Part shown: positions 40,620 through 56,023 of the stretch, in pieces
How positions within the stretch are numbered: the first letter of the stretch is position 1
Layout: each line of letters starts with the position of its first letter
Source: the human T2T-CHM13v2.0 reference genome, Homo sapiens
Strand: one strand, 5' to 3'
NCBI RefSeq assembly: GCF_009914755.1
Contig: NC_060940.1
DNA: 64,000 nt
The notes under the pieces: model-generated
What the model was told of the DNA's origin: nothing
What the model saw: the letters and a program-made list of their open reading frames with translations, nothing else
Database searches by the model: none
Made by a program: the position numbers and the translations under genes

Positions 40620-43045
40620 TGTATCCTTCTCTCAGTGTCTATTCTTAGGACCCCTAATATCCTCCTGATCCAGGGATCACTGGGCAAAGTGCAGTGGAGT
40701 GGGGAAATGGAGACAATGTCAGGATAATGCTGGCTAAGTTGGAGTTGGTAAAAAGTTTCCAAGCAAGTCAGATGACATTGCATCTGCAATAAAGGGAGCT
40801 GCCTTGTGGCCGTCTGTAATGACAACATTTTAAAAAGCAGTCTAACATTTTTAAAAATGCAAAAAGCAATTTAAATGATCACAAAATTTCTTGAAAAGCT
40901 AGAGGGAACTGCATTGTGTGACATCCACCCAGCAAATCACCATAAAATCCCTCTTTTCTCTCCATCTCACCAAATCCCACTTAGCCTGTCAGAACCTCTG
41001 GTCTCTTTTCTGTTTCTTCCTAGTGAGTCTAATTCTCTCTGTGCCTCTTGCTTATCTCTTCCCACCTCTCTTTGGCTCCAGTTTCGACTATGTAGATCAA
41101 TTTGCCTCTCTGAGATCCTTTAAATTATTCTCTGCCCTCTTTGTCCAGGCCCAGATGCACACACCAAAGTACTAGAACCTAACAGGTTGACCTCAACACC
41201 TCCTGAAGGCTGGAGAACAGGGAAGTCAGGAGGTCAGGGGATATGCTGAGTGATAGGATGGCTCAGAGGGTCCATTTGGGGCTTTAATCCTCTCTCCAAG
41301 CTACAATGTGAGGGGCTGGTAGAACAATCATAAGCATTGCAAGGGTGTCAATGCTTTGAGCATTTCCATTTTAGATGCTCATATCTTACAATAATAATCT
41401 GCAATTTGGAGGCTTTGCTAAATAAACATCCTTCTCTGGGAGGTTTCTCCCCCTGGAGCCCTGACCTTCCAAGCCATGGGTCCCAGCAGAAGGAGGCAAG
41501 GTGGCTGGTGGGGTGTCGGGCAGTGGGGATGGGGAAAGTGTAATTGCAGCAGATGGGAGAGTGCAGACCCTCAATCTTCTAAAATGTGCTGAAGACTTGT
41601 TGGGGATATGGCCTTCTCAGTAGCTCAGTGTTGCCACCATGTCCCCAGATGGGATATGGAAGGACCCCAAGGATCTGCTTACAACAAGGCCTGTACTGGC
41701 TGCCTCCCACCAGTGGTCAATGGAGGGCCTTTCAGAAGTGAGATGAGTGAACATCTGCCACTAAAAAGCCACTGTCTTCCACCCTTCCCCTCCCACCCAG
41801 GCATTTGTCTTGTATGTATTAGACAAACAGGGGTGGTAAGGCACGGGAAATGTCAGGTTTCCCGGCTGTTACTTCCTCAAGTACAGCTTCTCCCTGAAGC
41901 TCAGGGAAGCAGCGTGGTCAGATGGTGTGCCCCTCAGATGAGGCTTTGTTTCAGAGAGAAGGTGCACTGTATGGTTGAAGTCATGGGATTTAGAGTCAGG
42001 CTGACTTGGGTTCTTATGCATTGGATGTGTTACTTAGCTTCTTTGAGCTTTGGAATCCACGTCTCACAAATGAGTTATTACCCAACTTTTAGAGATTTTG
42101 CACAGATTAAATAAGATCATGCATATAAAAATTTAGCTAGCTATTATTGTTATGGTCTTTGTTTATTCACATATCAAATATTAATAAGCACCCACTATGG
42201 GCCAGGTGGTGTTACTACTACTATAATAGTGTGAGACAGCAGAGCCAGCGCATCTTCCTGTAGAACCTGGCAGTCCCGCAGAAGTCCAGTTGTAGTTACA
42301 CCCACTTTCCAAATCCTCTTCATGCTCTACCCTCCAAGTACAACCTGTTTATGTTTTTTCCTTTTAAAATTCTTCTTCTTTTCCACCTTGGTTTTCTTTT
42401 GTCTTTCTCCTCCTCACCTCTCCTTTATCTCTCCTTTCTTCCCCTCCACTCTTTATACTGCCTCCCCTAAATTTACATGTATTCAATACATGCAAATTGC
42501 CTCATTTTGCCTCTTTGTTTCAAATTTCCTCTTTAATCACTTATGCATTTGTTCATCAAATTGAGTCTTTAAATGTAAAAGTTGATGCAGTAATAAGTGG
42601 ATTATATACAGCCTGTTTTCTAGATACTTGTATATGATTAGAGAACATATAATGAGAACATATCGTATAATGATATATATTACATATATGTCTATATATT
42701 GACACTATATAATAACTGATAATAAAGAAATTACTGATAAAAATGAAGCAATAAAAGACTAAAAGTCTTTCAGCAAAACCTAAAAGCTTACAGGGAGTCA
42801 ACCTAACAGATTTGAGGAGTGATTCCTGCTCCAGACCCCAGCACCTCAACACCCAGGCATTTGTGGAGCACCTATTGTATGCAGGCCCCAGTGCTGTGGG
42901 CAGGGTTTTCACCCTTAGGTGCTAGGTGAGCCGACTAACATTGGATGTAAGTAGATGTGATAACAGAATTGCAGAAGGTGAAGAGGAAGAAAGACTGTTC
43001 TATAACAACTAGTGAACAGCTAATCAGTTAATCAGAAATATTTGA

Positions 43046-43351
<306 letters not shown>

Positions 43352-44448
43352 TTATTTGAACTGGAAGTTACCATGGAGAACTTCCAGCATTTCCCAAAGT
43401 GAGCTCCACAGAGCATTATTAAGGAATCCAGAAAACATTTTTTGTCAAATGCAATTGGGAACCATTAGACTTAGAAAAATTAACAGCTGTTGGTCAAAAG
43501 ACTTCTCAGAGTCTTGAACCTGCTAAGGTTTCGAAATCTCTAAGAGGTCATGAAGCTGACTGTTTTCTTTAAAATATTTGACTTTTAGATTTTATTCTTA
43601 GAAAGACTGTCTTAGACCAGTGCACTGTGGAAGGAACTTGGAGAACTGCTAATCTGATCAAATCCACTGATTTTACAGGTGGAGAAACAGAAACAAATAG
43701 AGGAAAAGTGGCTTACTCAAGTTCACACCATCACTTATTTAACTGTAGATCCCTAGAAAGCCCAATTATATTGACTTAGACATTGATCTAGGGCTTGTCT
43801 TTGGACCCAAATGACATTTGACCCTCTCACTCTCAAGCAGGCTTTTCCTCCTCTCTCTCCTGCCTCCCACACCCCTAAGCTTCACAATTGTAAATAAATT
43901 TACTCAGAATGTTACTAGGAAAGCAGATAGAGTAAAGGCTACAGGAAAGCAGGGATACTTTAAAAGTCTACCCATTCCTCATTCCCTGCTAAAGATTTGA
44001 TATTATCATCTCACATTGCATGTTGAACCTAACTTCTAGCAAAGATGAACTCCATGCTTGTTTTTTTCAGCCCATGGTACAATTCTGGAGACCCTGGGTG
44101 GTGCTTTTTCTACGTCCATTACTCTGCTGCATTGAGGATTGCAGGAGGAGGTAGGGGCATGAAGAGCCTGTGTAAGAATACAAGAGCCAATGAGAAGTGG
44201 TAGGGACCTCAAGAGTGTCCCAGAATAGGAAATATGTGTAACCTGTGGGTGACACTACCATAGTACAAATGCAGTTACTACATCCTTGAGTGACACCATA
44301 AGGTAGATATTTTACATATATTATATTAAGAATTCCCAAGATGTTAACAAGTGTGGGTGAAACAGCAAACGAATGAATGAGTGTGTGTGTGTGCAAGACA
44401 TATTCACTCTGATGGCCACCACAAAACTTCACACGGGAGGGGAGCACA

Positions 44449-44560
44449 GTTTGCTTGTAGTTGGGGTGGGCAGGGAGTGACAGCACATGTCATTGGCTGT
44501 TTTTGGACTTTGATTGAGCGGGATCTTTCCGATTTTAACAAGTTTGCCAAAAAGACTTTT
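44449..44560 (+). repeat. Copy A of the duplicated ~110-bp motif module (paralogue of 45844-45970)
   Basis: About 9 mismatches in ~98 aligned bp plus one 15-bp gap by manual alignment. Confidence 0.93.
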
Positions 44561-44599
44561 TAAACCCAAACCAACCAAAAGTTTATAAGAAAATAGACA

Positions 44600-45230
44600 T
44601 ACACATGCATTGATTTATGCATTTTTAAAAAGATACATAAACCACCTAAGCCAGCAATACTACTTCTAGGAATGTGTCCTTCAGCTGTATTTACACATAT
44701 AAAGAGATATGTGAATGAGGATGTTCATTTTTAGCTTTGTATGCAATAAGTAAAAAAACTGAATGTGGCCTAAATTTCTATTTGGTTAAATATTTTATCA
44801 CCTTATAAAGAATGAGGGAGCTGTTTGATCAGATATGAAAAGATCTCCAAGATCTATCATGAGTTGACATACAATACAAGGTGTAGTATAGTACAGTTTG
44901 CATGTGTGTATATATATACGTATATATATATGTACATATATATACGTATATATATACACACACAGAGAGAGAGAAGCATATGCATTTGCTCAAGTGCGTA
45001 TAGGAAAAAATTAGAAGGATCTAAAAGAATTGATACGCTATGCTATCCTATGCTATGTTATGCTATGCTATGTTATGCTATGCTATGCTGTGCTATGCTA
45101 CTGGGAGGTGGTGTGGTAGTTGTAGATAAAGGGTCTGGGAAGAGAAGGATAGAGCCCCCGTCTCTGGATACCTCATTGTACAGTCTGAATACATTTTAAA
45201 CATGTCCATGTATTACTTATCAAAGAGGCC
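44600..45230 (+). mobile_element. Old L1M 3' fragment with (TA)n and (CTATG)n microsatellites
   Basis: CCAGCAATACTACTTCTAGGAAT, GGATGTTCAT; (CTATG)n at ~45037-45100. Confidence 0.65.
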
Positions 45231-45299
45231 AGATTTTCAACACCAGTAGTGCTTCCAATGTGCCTTAGACTTACATAGACTTAGAAGTCTTCCACTTCT

Positions 45300-46070
45300 T
45301 CCCACTCCTCCGGTTTAAGAACGAAAAGCCACTCACTGGACACATTTTTGGCAACTCTCAAAACTCTAGTTAAACTAGTAGCAGAAATGGAGGCGAGGCC
45401 GACTACAGGCTCTCCCATGTGCCGGGTGTGGGGGCCAAAGTACCCTCCATCTCGCAGTTATTTCAGCTGTCCTGCCTGGTTCCGCACGCTCCACTAAGCA
45501 TGGCGACCATTTGGCCTGGAATAATAGCTGCAGATTCAAGAACTCATGGGGGTGGGGTGAGGGGAAGAAGAAAAAGTAAGCTTTAGAGAGCGATTTTTTT
45601 TTTTTTTCTGCACTGTAAAAACTCAAATGCCAGGGGGTTGGGGGTGGGCAGAGAGACAAAACAACACCTTTGTCTCAAATCATCAGTGCAGTAAGTTAAG
45701 GTTTTCAAGCCTGCACAAACTGTTGGTACATTTTAAGCCTTTACATCCTGGCGTTCAGCGCACATAATATACAAATGAAAAGAATTGGAAGTTTAATTTA
45801 GAATTCGGACAAAAGGCCCAGACACATGTGTCTCTATGAGAATGTTTGCGCGGGGGGTGGGGTGGGCCGGGAGTGACAGCACATGTCATTGGCCGGTTGA
45901 GTACTGGCTGTTTTTGGACTTTGATGGAGGGGATTCGTTCTGATTTTAACAAGTTTGCCAAGAAGACCTTCAGCTGGGCTGCATATGAGGCTGGGCTGCT
46001 ATTTTTAATATAAATGTAATGTTTTTAAATCCATCGACGGTGTCCTAAACCAGATTTGGTCGTAAGCAGC
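45300..46070. promoter_or_regulatory. CpG-enriched unique region, candidate promoter/enhancer
   Basis: About 20 CpGs in ~750 bp of non-repeat DNA; GGGGTGGG boxes, ATTGG (CCAAT), GAGTGACAG, TGGACTTTG; G4-capable GGGGGGTGGGGTGGGCCGGG at 45852-45871; GTAAG donors at 45576 and 45691. Confidence 0.55.
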
Positions 46071-46453
46071 TGTGCTGAAATTGTAAAATCTCACCCTTGT
46101 GTCTGGTTTCACATCTGGTAACTCACAGCTAACAGTTACAACTCTCCAATAGTAATTAAATGTTTTCTTTAAAAGAAAAAAACACCCACAATCATATATG
46201 GCAGAATGCATTATTAAAGGAGTATTTTGATTCACAACAACCACCGCTAGGAAGAATCCAGCGAGAATTTTATAGGTAGTTGGGTACTTTGGGGTACTTT
46301 TTCTAAAGGGGTTGATCAAAATAAGTACATGTTACAAAAAGCAAAGGCAGTTTGCAACTGGGTGGATATTGAGTAACATTAAGCGACCATAATTGCTAGT
46401 GAGGAAAATGTCTCCTCTTTGATGTCAACCATCTCTTTTCTTTTTTGTTTCAG

Positions 46454-46555
46454 AAAGGAGGAAACTTCAAAAGCCGTAATTTCAGGACAATAAAGTACTC
46501 ACATTAATATAGGTAGCAACTTTAACTGTTCCTAAGCTCAGTAAAAAGTCTCAGG
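46454..46555 (+). other. Candidate exon of an unidentified transcript
   Basis: Strong acceptor CTCTTTTCTTTTTTGTTTCAG| ending at 46453; AATAAA at 46489-46494; possible donor AGG|GTGAGA at 46556. Confidence 0.3.
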
Positions 46556-47034
46556 GTGAGAATGAGCTAGGAAGGAGAGGGAATTCAAATATTTTTAGAT
46601 TTTTTTTCATGTACCATTTTAAATATGAATAAATGACATCATGCACGTGGGACCTAAATATAGAATTTACACCAACACATGCCACTAGATGAATACAGTT
46701 CATTCCTTATATTTTGAAATGTAATTTTATTTTATATTATTTTAAATTTATTGGTAGGATATATTAAGTGACTGGATTCTCCTAATAGCTTAAAGGTTCT
46801 GGAATAACCATAGGCTATAGGCAAGATGTTCCACAAATCAACCACCTTTTCTTTCTCTGCCATTATGTTACTAAGGTGTGATTTCAATAAGCGACAAAAT
46901 GCAAATTTGACTTTTCCAATGCTTTTGTTTTTTAGGTTAAAGTTTTTCTTTAATAAACTCTTTTACTGAAGCATAACAAACATAGAGAAAAAAAGTTTAC
47001 AAATTGTAATTATGTATAACTTGATGAATTTTTT

Positions 47035-47346
<312 letters not shown>

Positions 47347-47653
47347 TGATGAATTTTTTAAGTTAACTTTTCTTACCCATTTGAAGTATACTACTCAGTG
47401 ATTTTTAGTGGATTTTCTAAGTTGTGCAATCATCATCCTAATCCAGTTTTAGAATGCAATGATTTTAAATAATAATAATCATGCCTAAGAGGTGGAGATA
47501 GGAGAAAATACAAGAAAACTTCTACAATACAGTGAGCTTGGCGACTAGGCCTAATTTGTGACACTGAGTGTCTTAGTCCTTGACACTTTTATGGAAGACC
47601 TGAAGACCCTGCAGATTCCTTAGAGACCACTGGCATCTCATTACATGCCCTGA

Positions 47654-48017
<364 letters not shown>

Positions 48018-48681
48018 TAAGTATTATAATAAGAAGGCTTTTGTATATAATACCAACAACCTAGGAAGAAACTTAAGCCAGAACAAGACTGGTGAGCACA
48101 GATCTCAGAAGTCTGACTCTCAACACAAATAACTGAGGGGATGTAAATTACTTCAGAATGAAATTAGCAGGGCTGGCCAGTCTGAACACAAACAAGTGCC
48201 ACGGGAATCAACCAGGACTTGGAAAAAACCCCATCCCATTCGTCGGGAGGAGCAGAGTACCAGTCTGCTGAGCAGAGGAGCAGTTGTCCTTGAAGAAGCA
48301 GCAGCTTCTTCACACCTCCTCCTTTCCTGAATCCTGCTGCTGCTTCTCACCAAAGTGGGGTGGGGGGTGTGCGGCCTCCAGGATGAATGAGGGTGGTGGG
48401 GGGATGCAGAGGGGGAGGGGAAAGGCTGAAACAATAAAATGCGCTGCCTTGAGCTATAAGAAAGCTCTGTGCATGAAGGCAAGTTCGCTCTTCTTGCCCC
48501 AGGACAGGACGTGCTGGGAGAGTCAAGACACTGAATTATGTATCTGCTCACAGAATGTAGACTTAGAATGGTGTTTGCTAACACAGTGCACTGTCACACT
48601 GCCCTGGAAGCTAGGGACACACTCGGGGTATTTTTACGCCTCATGTAGGAGCCACTGTAGTCTCTGTAAAGGAGACCTTTA

Positions 48682-49101
<420 letters not shown>

Positions 49102-50379
49102 AAGAAACCTCCTTGTTGGTGCATTGGATATAGCGGACAAGGCACTGTCAAGAGCCCTGGTATGTGGCATGAGATCTGGTATGACCCATGAGGTCAACTA
49201 TTTTCTCTCTCTTAGGCTTCCTTCAACTCATCCAGTAACACAGATTTTTATCTGGACATTCTGTAGCCCTACAAGTCTGTAAAAACCCCAGAAATCCAGC
49301 CAGTGGTCAGCTACTAAAACAATCCTCTCTCCATTTCGGGCGATTGAAATATCAGAGACCCATCTGTCCTTCCAAAAAGAAAATACACACAGAGCCTGGG
49401 CCAGCAGCAAGTGGTGTCTGGTTTATAATTCTTTTTTGAGATGTTCTGCCCACAACTTAGTTCCAACAATGACCAAGAAAAGGATAGTAGCTCTCCTATT
49501 GAGGAGAAAGGCCCTCACCCTTTTTTCACAGATACTTAACTATGGTTCCATTCAGACCCAGCTGTCCTTTGAACCCTGCAATACAAAGACAATTGCCATG
49601 GAGTGGTCATTTAATTCTTTCTCTCTCTCTTCCTGATGGCAAACATTAACTGCTGGCCACAACAGACCACCTGCAATGTGTTAGTCATTAAAAAGGTCAC
49701 CGTTACTAAACATTTTAAACTGTGAATAGCTTCAGATTAAATTAGGTGTCAAAAAAGTCATTTCCTCTCTGTGATAAACTCAAACACCTGCAGTAGGGCT
49801 CAAGTTTACCAGAGACATAAAGGGTCTCTCCCACTCACAGGCCATTTGGGGATAAAAACCACAAAGCCCTATTTTTGTCAGTTATCTCTCTGCCTCTTGT
49901 AATAGGATTTCACAAGGTTGGTGATTGTGTGCACAGCATCTTGGGACATGTTATGATTGGATAGACAGGAATCAAAACCTTCAAGACCTTCATTTTTTGT
50001 TGGTCTCACTGAAGCTTCTTCAACATGTCAATATGAATTTATGAATTTCATTACATACTTTTTTTTCCTTTTTGTTTCCTCCTGTGTGTTTATCTCATTT
50101 TAATCCATTGGAGTATTCGGTCTCTAGCAGCCTATAGCAATGACCTTGAATTACTTGTCATTTCCAATTGGGTCTAAGAGAAGTAAAGCATATGAGGAGA
50201 TGGCCGGCCTTTGGAGAGACATGTGTCAGCATATAGGTCGAAGATGGTCCCTTCCAGCAGCCTCTGAAAGTAGGTATCACTATCTCCATTTCAACAGATG
50301 ATGACACTTGGGCTTTGAGAGGTGAAGCCACTGGCCTGCAGGAGCCTCACTGCTTCTCAGTGGAAGGTTCCAGGATGGC

Positions 50380-51040
50380 TGCCCCTCTGCCACTCCCAGG
50401 GCTGGGGCTACCAACGTCTCTGACCAGCATTAGCTTCCCAACTGCTTGCTCCGCTTCCACACAAGCCTCCTCAATCCATTTCCCACATAGCAATCAGAAT
50501 GTGAGGTTGAAGCCTTTAAGTTGAATGATGTCTCCCCGCCTAGAACCTTCCCATGGATTTTCACTGCAGTTTATTAAATAGAGTGAAGACGCTTCTCTCC
50601 AAGCTGACCTGTGACCTCCTCTGGACCACTCAGTACAACTTTTCTCTTCCTTTCCCGCATTCCAGCCGCCCTCTGGGCTCTCCCTCTGTGCCTATGCACA
50701 ACAGCCTGTTCCTTCTGCTTCAGTTGTTCTCCCCACAGGTGTGTGCCTGACCTTCACCTTCTACTTCCCCTTCAGGTATCACCTGAAACATCCCACAGGC
50801 TGCCCCTTCCTTACCGTCTGATAGGGATATCCCTCTGGCTCTTTCCCTCACATCATCCTTTTTATGGTCTCTGTACCTCTCATCACCATCTGAGATGTCT
50901 GGCTTGTTGTTGGTTTTCCTCCACCAGATTATACCTCCCCTTGGGGTAGTAACTGTCTTGTTCTCTGCTGTATCCACAATGCCTGCACAGTGCCTTGCTT
51001 AAGGTGAGTGCTTACTGAATGAAAGAATACATGAACCCAT
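50380..51040 (+). mobile_element. L2 3' region
   Basis: CAATCCATTTCCCACATAGCAATCAGA; TCTTGTTCTCTGCTGTATCC..GCACAGTGCC..TGAATGAA. Confidence 0.75.
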
Positions 51041-51731
51041 GAATCATGGAGTTGAACTCAGGTTTTGCTGCCTCCAAGGCGTATATTATTTTTGCTGCGT
51101 AACAGTGGTTACTGTTAAGCTAGACAGTGATGCTTGGCACACAAACAGGAACCACTAATGGCTTGAAAGATCGCTTTCTAACTCTAACCTTTCCTTTTGC
51201 CTCAACCTGGATTATCATTAATTTAAAAATGTACAGGATTCTCTCTCTTCAGATTTAAAATAACTCTAAACATTGCAGTTTACATTCTTGGAAGAAGCTT
51301 GAGCATAGCCTCTTTCATATTCAATCCTTACACTTTGCTTGCCTGTCCCATTTTCTTTCCCTCCCCTGTGTCGTTTGTGCAAAGCTCCATTTTCCCCTAA
51401 TAGACTACAGACTCCTTTGAGGACATCACGATCCAGTACAGTGTTTCCTACCTAGTTAGTATTCATCAGCCTTTGTTTAGTAAAATTAAATACTTCACAT
51501 TTAACCTCTTTAATCAAGAGAGACTGGTTTTCTTATTACTCCAGCTTCTCTTTTCTGTGTTTCTTTATAATTCTCTATGCTATATATGTAGATCTGCTGT
51601 AGGGCCACAGTGGACACTCAATATGTTTCTTGCAATTAAAATAGGGCTATCTCTTAATATAAATGGTAAAAGAAAAATCTGGGGAACTCCAGGAGAGGTG
51701 TGTGAAACTCTACATTCGATGACAGTCCTCA

Positions 51732-52990
<1,259 letters not shown>

Positions 52991-55745
52991 AAGCAGGTCC
53001 CAAAACCTCATAAACTCAGGTTATTACAGGAATATTAAGCAGTCACTCTGGGGAACCACTCCTAATTGTATCAATCGCTGGGGGGATGTCAGTCTTAGAA
53101 TTATACATCTAACTTAAAATCATTTACAGTACAGTACTTTGGCCAATACTTTCAAATAGCCCGGGAGCAGCAGCATCAGTTTTCTGTTTTTTTTTTTTTT
53201 TTTCTCTTGCCAATTGCACTCTAAGAGAGAGTTGCACATATCTTGAGAGGTAAGAAAGAAAATGGGATGCTTTTGTTTATTTTGTAAACTTAGTCAGCGT
53301 CTTGTGAGATCTCAGGGGAAATGATTTTTATTCATTCTAAATATCATGAGATGTTCAAGATCCCAAGGAAAAAAATACTTAAGGTCAACAAAAAGAGGTT
53401 GGCCTGTAAAAAATGGTAGACAAAGCACTGGAAAAGGAGCTGGGAGGTCTTGTATTCACTCATTCATCCACTCATTCATTCATGTCTATTGTGTGCAACC
53501 CCCTGTGTTGAGCTTGGGAACATACAATTGTTAAAGCAATCTGGCTCCTACTATCAGACAGCTGAAGCTGCGATCAGAAGCCAAGGACATTCTTGAGTAA
53601 TTATAACATAGTGTTTTAAGAATGGTGATAAAAATGATATTATGGAGTGTGAAGGAAGAAATATCTGATCCTCTTTGAGACAGTAGGTTTGACTTCAAGA
53701 CAAGGGGAGCCCTAGAATAACTGGGTTGCACAGTGCTGGCTATTAAAAGGCAAGATAATGTGGTGGTTCAGAACATGATTTTGGTGGCAGGCTCCAGTTC
53801 CATTCCACTCCACCAGGAAGTGTGTGACTTTGTTGAGAAAGCTACTTAACTTCTATAGGGGGATTTCCTTGACTGGAAAAAAGATAACAACATCACACAC
53901 TGCATAAGACAAGTATTATGGTTCCAGGAGAAGTTGGCCATGCAGGCTTTAGCATAGTGCATGGCACATAACTCAGGCTAAATAAGTTAAACATAACTTT
54001 TTGGCCTCAGTTATCTTGAGCAGAAGAAGGTGGTTCTGCTGCGGAATATAATTCATTCGCTACTTCAGGCACTGGATTTTGATCTGCAAGGTGTACAGCT
54101 AGGTTCTTAAGCATTTCGACCTGTTACTATTAATCATTTGCCTTGGAAACATTTCCGGAGTTGGTATCCCAAGTGAATTCTGTCAGTGGGCTGTGCGTGT
54201 GTGAACAGAAGGGATCTTAGTTGTGTAGGAGCCACTCTGCACTTCCCTGGTGTGATACAAATTATAGGGAGGTTGTGGGACTTCCTCTTGCTCCCATGGG
54301 CTCCTCCAGCGAGGGCTTCTTGACAGCATTGTGGTTTGAGTTGTCATCACAACTAACCACTCATTTTTCAATTGAAGCCCTGTGTCACTCTGCACATCCC
54401 TGCAGAGCTGTGGGAAAGATGCCTGCAGAGAAGTAACAGGCAGGAAGACATGCCGCCCTAGGGGAATGAAGAGGACATCCAAGCTGGGGTGAGGGGCTGG
54501 GCATGGAGGCGCTGGAACAATGCTGGCCCTAGTAAAGCCAAGCACCTAATACACAAAACTAAAATGTGTTCTTTGCTTTCCAGAACAGCATGAAGTTGCT
54601 TTGGGTACTTGCATAGTCTGGGATGGGGCTAGATTCCAAAGCAATGGCTGATTTCCTGGAGTCACTGCAGTGTTATCCCTGATCAGCAGGGCCCCACATG
54701 CTCATTTCATTAATGAAGGCCTGTCTTCACTGAGCTCCAAATTTCTTATATGAATTACTGTTTTAATCAAATACCATTATCATGTCCGTTTCATAGATTT
54801 AAAAAAATCTGAGACACACAGAGACTGAGGGCTTTATCCAAATTTGCACAGCTAGCAGGAGGTGGATCTAGGGTTCAGATCCTGGCAGTGACAGTGCTTA
54901 ATCTCTCTGCTATGCTGCTGCCTCTCAATTATAACATTTCAAAAATGAGTACTGGATCAATGTGACACTTAAAGGGATCACATTGCCAGCTAAGGTCTTA
55001 AATGGAAGACTGAAGGCCTGGATAAAAACAGAAGTTTCCTGGAGGGTCCTACTTAAACTCTAAATAAACCTTAGCTACATAGCATGAATTAGTTTCATCA
55101 CATCAGCTCCTTACTTTGCAAAGGAGAGTTAGGATGAATGAAGGTGAGGGATTTTGTTGTTTTGCTCTTGAGAGAAAGAGGCCATAGAGAGCTGATACCT
55201 GGGATTCTGGAGAATGGGTGAAAGCACAGAGAACCAAGACATAGGTGCTTGGAGTGGAATTACGGGGTGAGAGGGTAGAGAAAAAAGGAAACAAAGGACT
55301 CAAAAAGCCTCAGTATGTCTCCAACACGATGTGTTTAGGGCTGGTTCTGCTGATTCAAAAGGTTTGTTCTCTACTCTTTTTGTTCAGAGGAGATTGCCTG
55401 GACCTCCTTAATTTGGATATACTCAAATTCTACAGTTCAGCAGAACTGTGCCTGAGAGCTCAAAGTGGTGTTTGGTTAAGCCTAGGCCTCAGAGAATATC
55501 AAAGCCAAAGCCATCCTCAGGAGCACTGGGTCTTGCCCAAGCTGATGGGGATTTACTGATCACCTAAGTGGCAGCACCTGTTCTAGATAACAAGTGGCAT
55601 CAGGACACTGCTACGTGGTGTACTGGGTGGTGCTAGACAAGGAGAAATTGAGTCACCAGTCCCCCAGGAATAACAGCTGCTTGAAGTACTGGCATCAAGC
55701 TCCTCTTGCTGGGCCATTTTAGTTTTGAACAGATATCTACCTTAC

Positions 55746-55867
55746 AAAATAGAGATTGGGTCTTGCTAAGTTACCCAGGCTGGTCTCAAACACCTGGCCT
55801 CAAATTATCCTCCTGCCTCAGCCTCCCAAAGTGCTGGGATTACAGGTGTGCACCACTATACCTAGCC
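55746..55867 (-). mobile_element. FLAM/Alu left monomer
   Basis: Single arm: CCCAGGCTGGTCTCAAA..CTCCCAAAGTGCTGGGATTACAGG. Confidence 0.9.
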
Positions 55868-55941
55868 AGATAATCCTTGGGTGAAATGAAGATATACCTG
55901 AAAGAGAGAAGTGAAGAGGTATTGAGTGAGGGATAGGGAGA

Positions 55942-56023
55942 TTAGAAAAGGAAGAGGAGGCCCTTCCTTTTCTTAGAAAAAGTGAGGAGGCCCTTCCTTT
56001 TCTTAGAAAAGGTGAGGAGGCCC
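55942..56023. repeat. 30-bp minisatellite, ~2.7 copies
   Basis: TTAGAAAARGTGAGGAGGCCCTTCCTTTTC units. Confidence 0.9.

Noticed and set aside
45401-45423. ZNF143/THAP11 ACTACA..TCCCA motif
   Set aside because: Spacer is 5 nt instead of 2 and the downstream half is shortened
46047-46137. H/ACA snoRNA-like hairpin (AGCTGTG...CACAGCT followed by ACA)
   Set aside because: Only a 7-bp basal stem, a highly asymmetric pocket, a candidate H box 15 nt away and no convincing 5' hairpin; an Rfam/Infernal search would settle it
54706-54717. Palindrome TTCATTAATGAA
   Set aside because: A 12-bp AT-rich palindrome is expected by chance in 64 kb; no supporting context
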